Below, piece after piece: positions 63,904 to 64,000 of a stretch of DNA of 64,000 nucleotides. Origin of the DNA: Synechococcales cyanobacterium S06 (GTDB lineage Bacteria > Cyanobacteriota > Cyanobacteriia > Cyanobacteriales > JAABRE01). The DNA lies in contig JAABRE010000007.1 in NCBI GenBank assembly GCA_011391125.1, forward strand, positions 30,660 to 94,659. Direction: 5' to 3'. How positions within the stretch are numbered: position 1 is the stretch's first letter; every line of letters begins with the position of its first letter. Below the pieces are notes generated by a model. It searched no databases. It had not been told where the DNA came from and saw only the letters and a list, made by a program, of their open reading frames with translations. A program made the translations under genes and the position numbers.

Positions 63904-64000
63904 ATGATCATGAAAAAAATAAACATTATCGTAGTAAATAGAGGATTTGGTTTAAATAAATCAGTATCTATTTTGGCTGAAGTTTTACGAACTGCTGGTT
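63904..64000 (+). CDS. 5' end of an unidentified CDS running off the window
   Basis: The ATG lies at 63904 or 63910. M(IM)KKINIIVVNRGFGLNKSVSILAEVLRTAG is open to the window edge and lies in the polysaccharide cluster context. Confidence 0.3.
   Translation, partial: MIMKKINIIVVNRGFGLNKSVSILAEVLRTAG

Noticed and set aside
1-64000. CRISPR arrays, rRNA genes, intact prophage or integrase genes
   Set aside because: I saw no regularly spaced 25-40 bp direct repeats with unique spacers, no rRNA-like sequence and no integrase or capsid genes. The tandem repeats present are 7-bp, 43-bp, 48-bp or ~60-bp units without spacers.

Overview
This 64-kb window looks like cyanobacterial chromosome. HIP1 GCGATCGC palindromes are frequent, and it carries petN, a DnaK3/DnaJ-type pair, an SLH-OprB porin, COP23 and many Uma2/DUF433/DUF29-type genes. 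Coding regions are AT-rich; the exact taxon cannot be verified here. I support about 50 protein genes, one tRNA (Trp-CCA), no rRNA and no CRISPR array. Core genes: ald (partial), rph, petN, mfd, mntP, bioF, rplS, pstS, argD, dnaK/dnaJ, a K+ channel and a porin. Signalling genes: a 1945-aa multi-PAS hybrid histidine kinase next to a REC-GGDEF regulator. Accessory content: a solitary 1263-aa type IIG restriction-modification enzyme, an orphan ADP-ribosylglycohydrolase, DUF433/DUF5615 and MNT/HEPN-like pairs, three Uma2 nucleases, a 1154-aa Calx-beta/RTX protein and a polysaccharide pyruvylation cluster. The most interesting locus is a five-gene minus-strand cluster at 6292-12267. It encodes an atypical Hsp70 ATPase, a zinc-ribbon/TM/LysM protein, a membrane-anchored TPR protein, a J-like protein with KPD in place of HPD, and a minimal GrpE-like factor. 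This appears to be a self-contained, envelope-tethered Hsp70 machine with no characterised function that I know of. Intergenic DNA is densely seeded with small repeat families: a TIR-bearing MITE-like element (5 copies), GTTGTTGCGC hairpin elements (9 loci), CTCACGCAAAG repeats, GTGGGCA-TGCCCAC palindromes, AAATCCGATTTTT palindromes, heptamer tandem repeats and a 43-bp tandem repeat. There is also a decayed IS1-like transposase relic. All family names come from motif recognition by eye; no database search was run.
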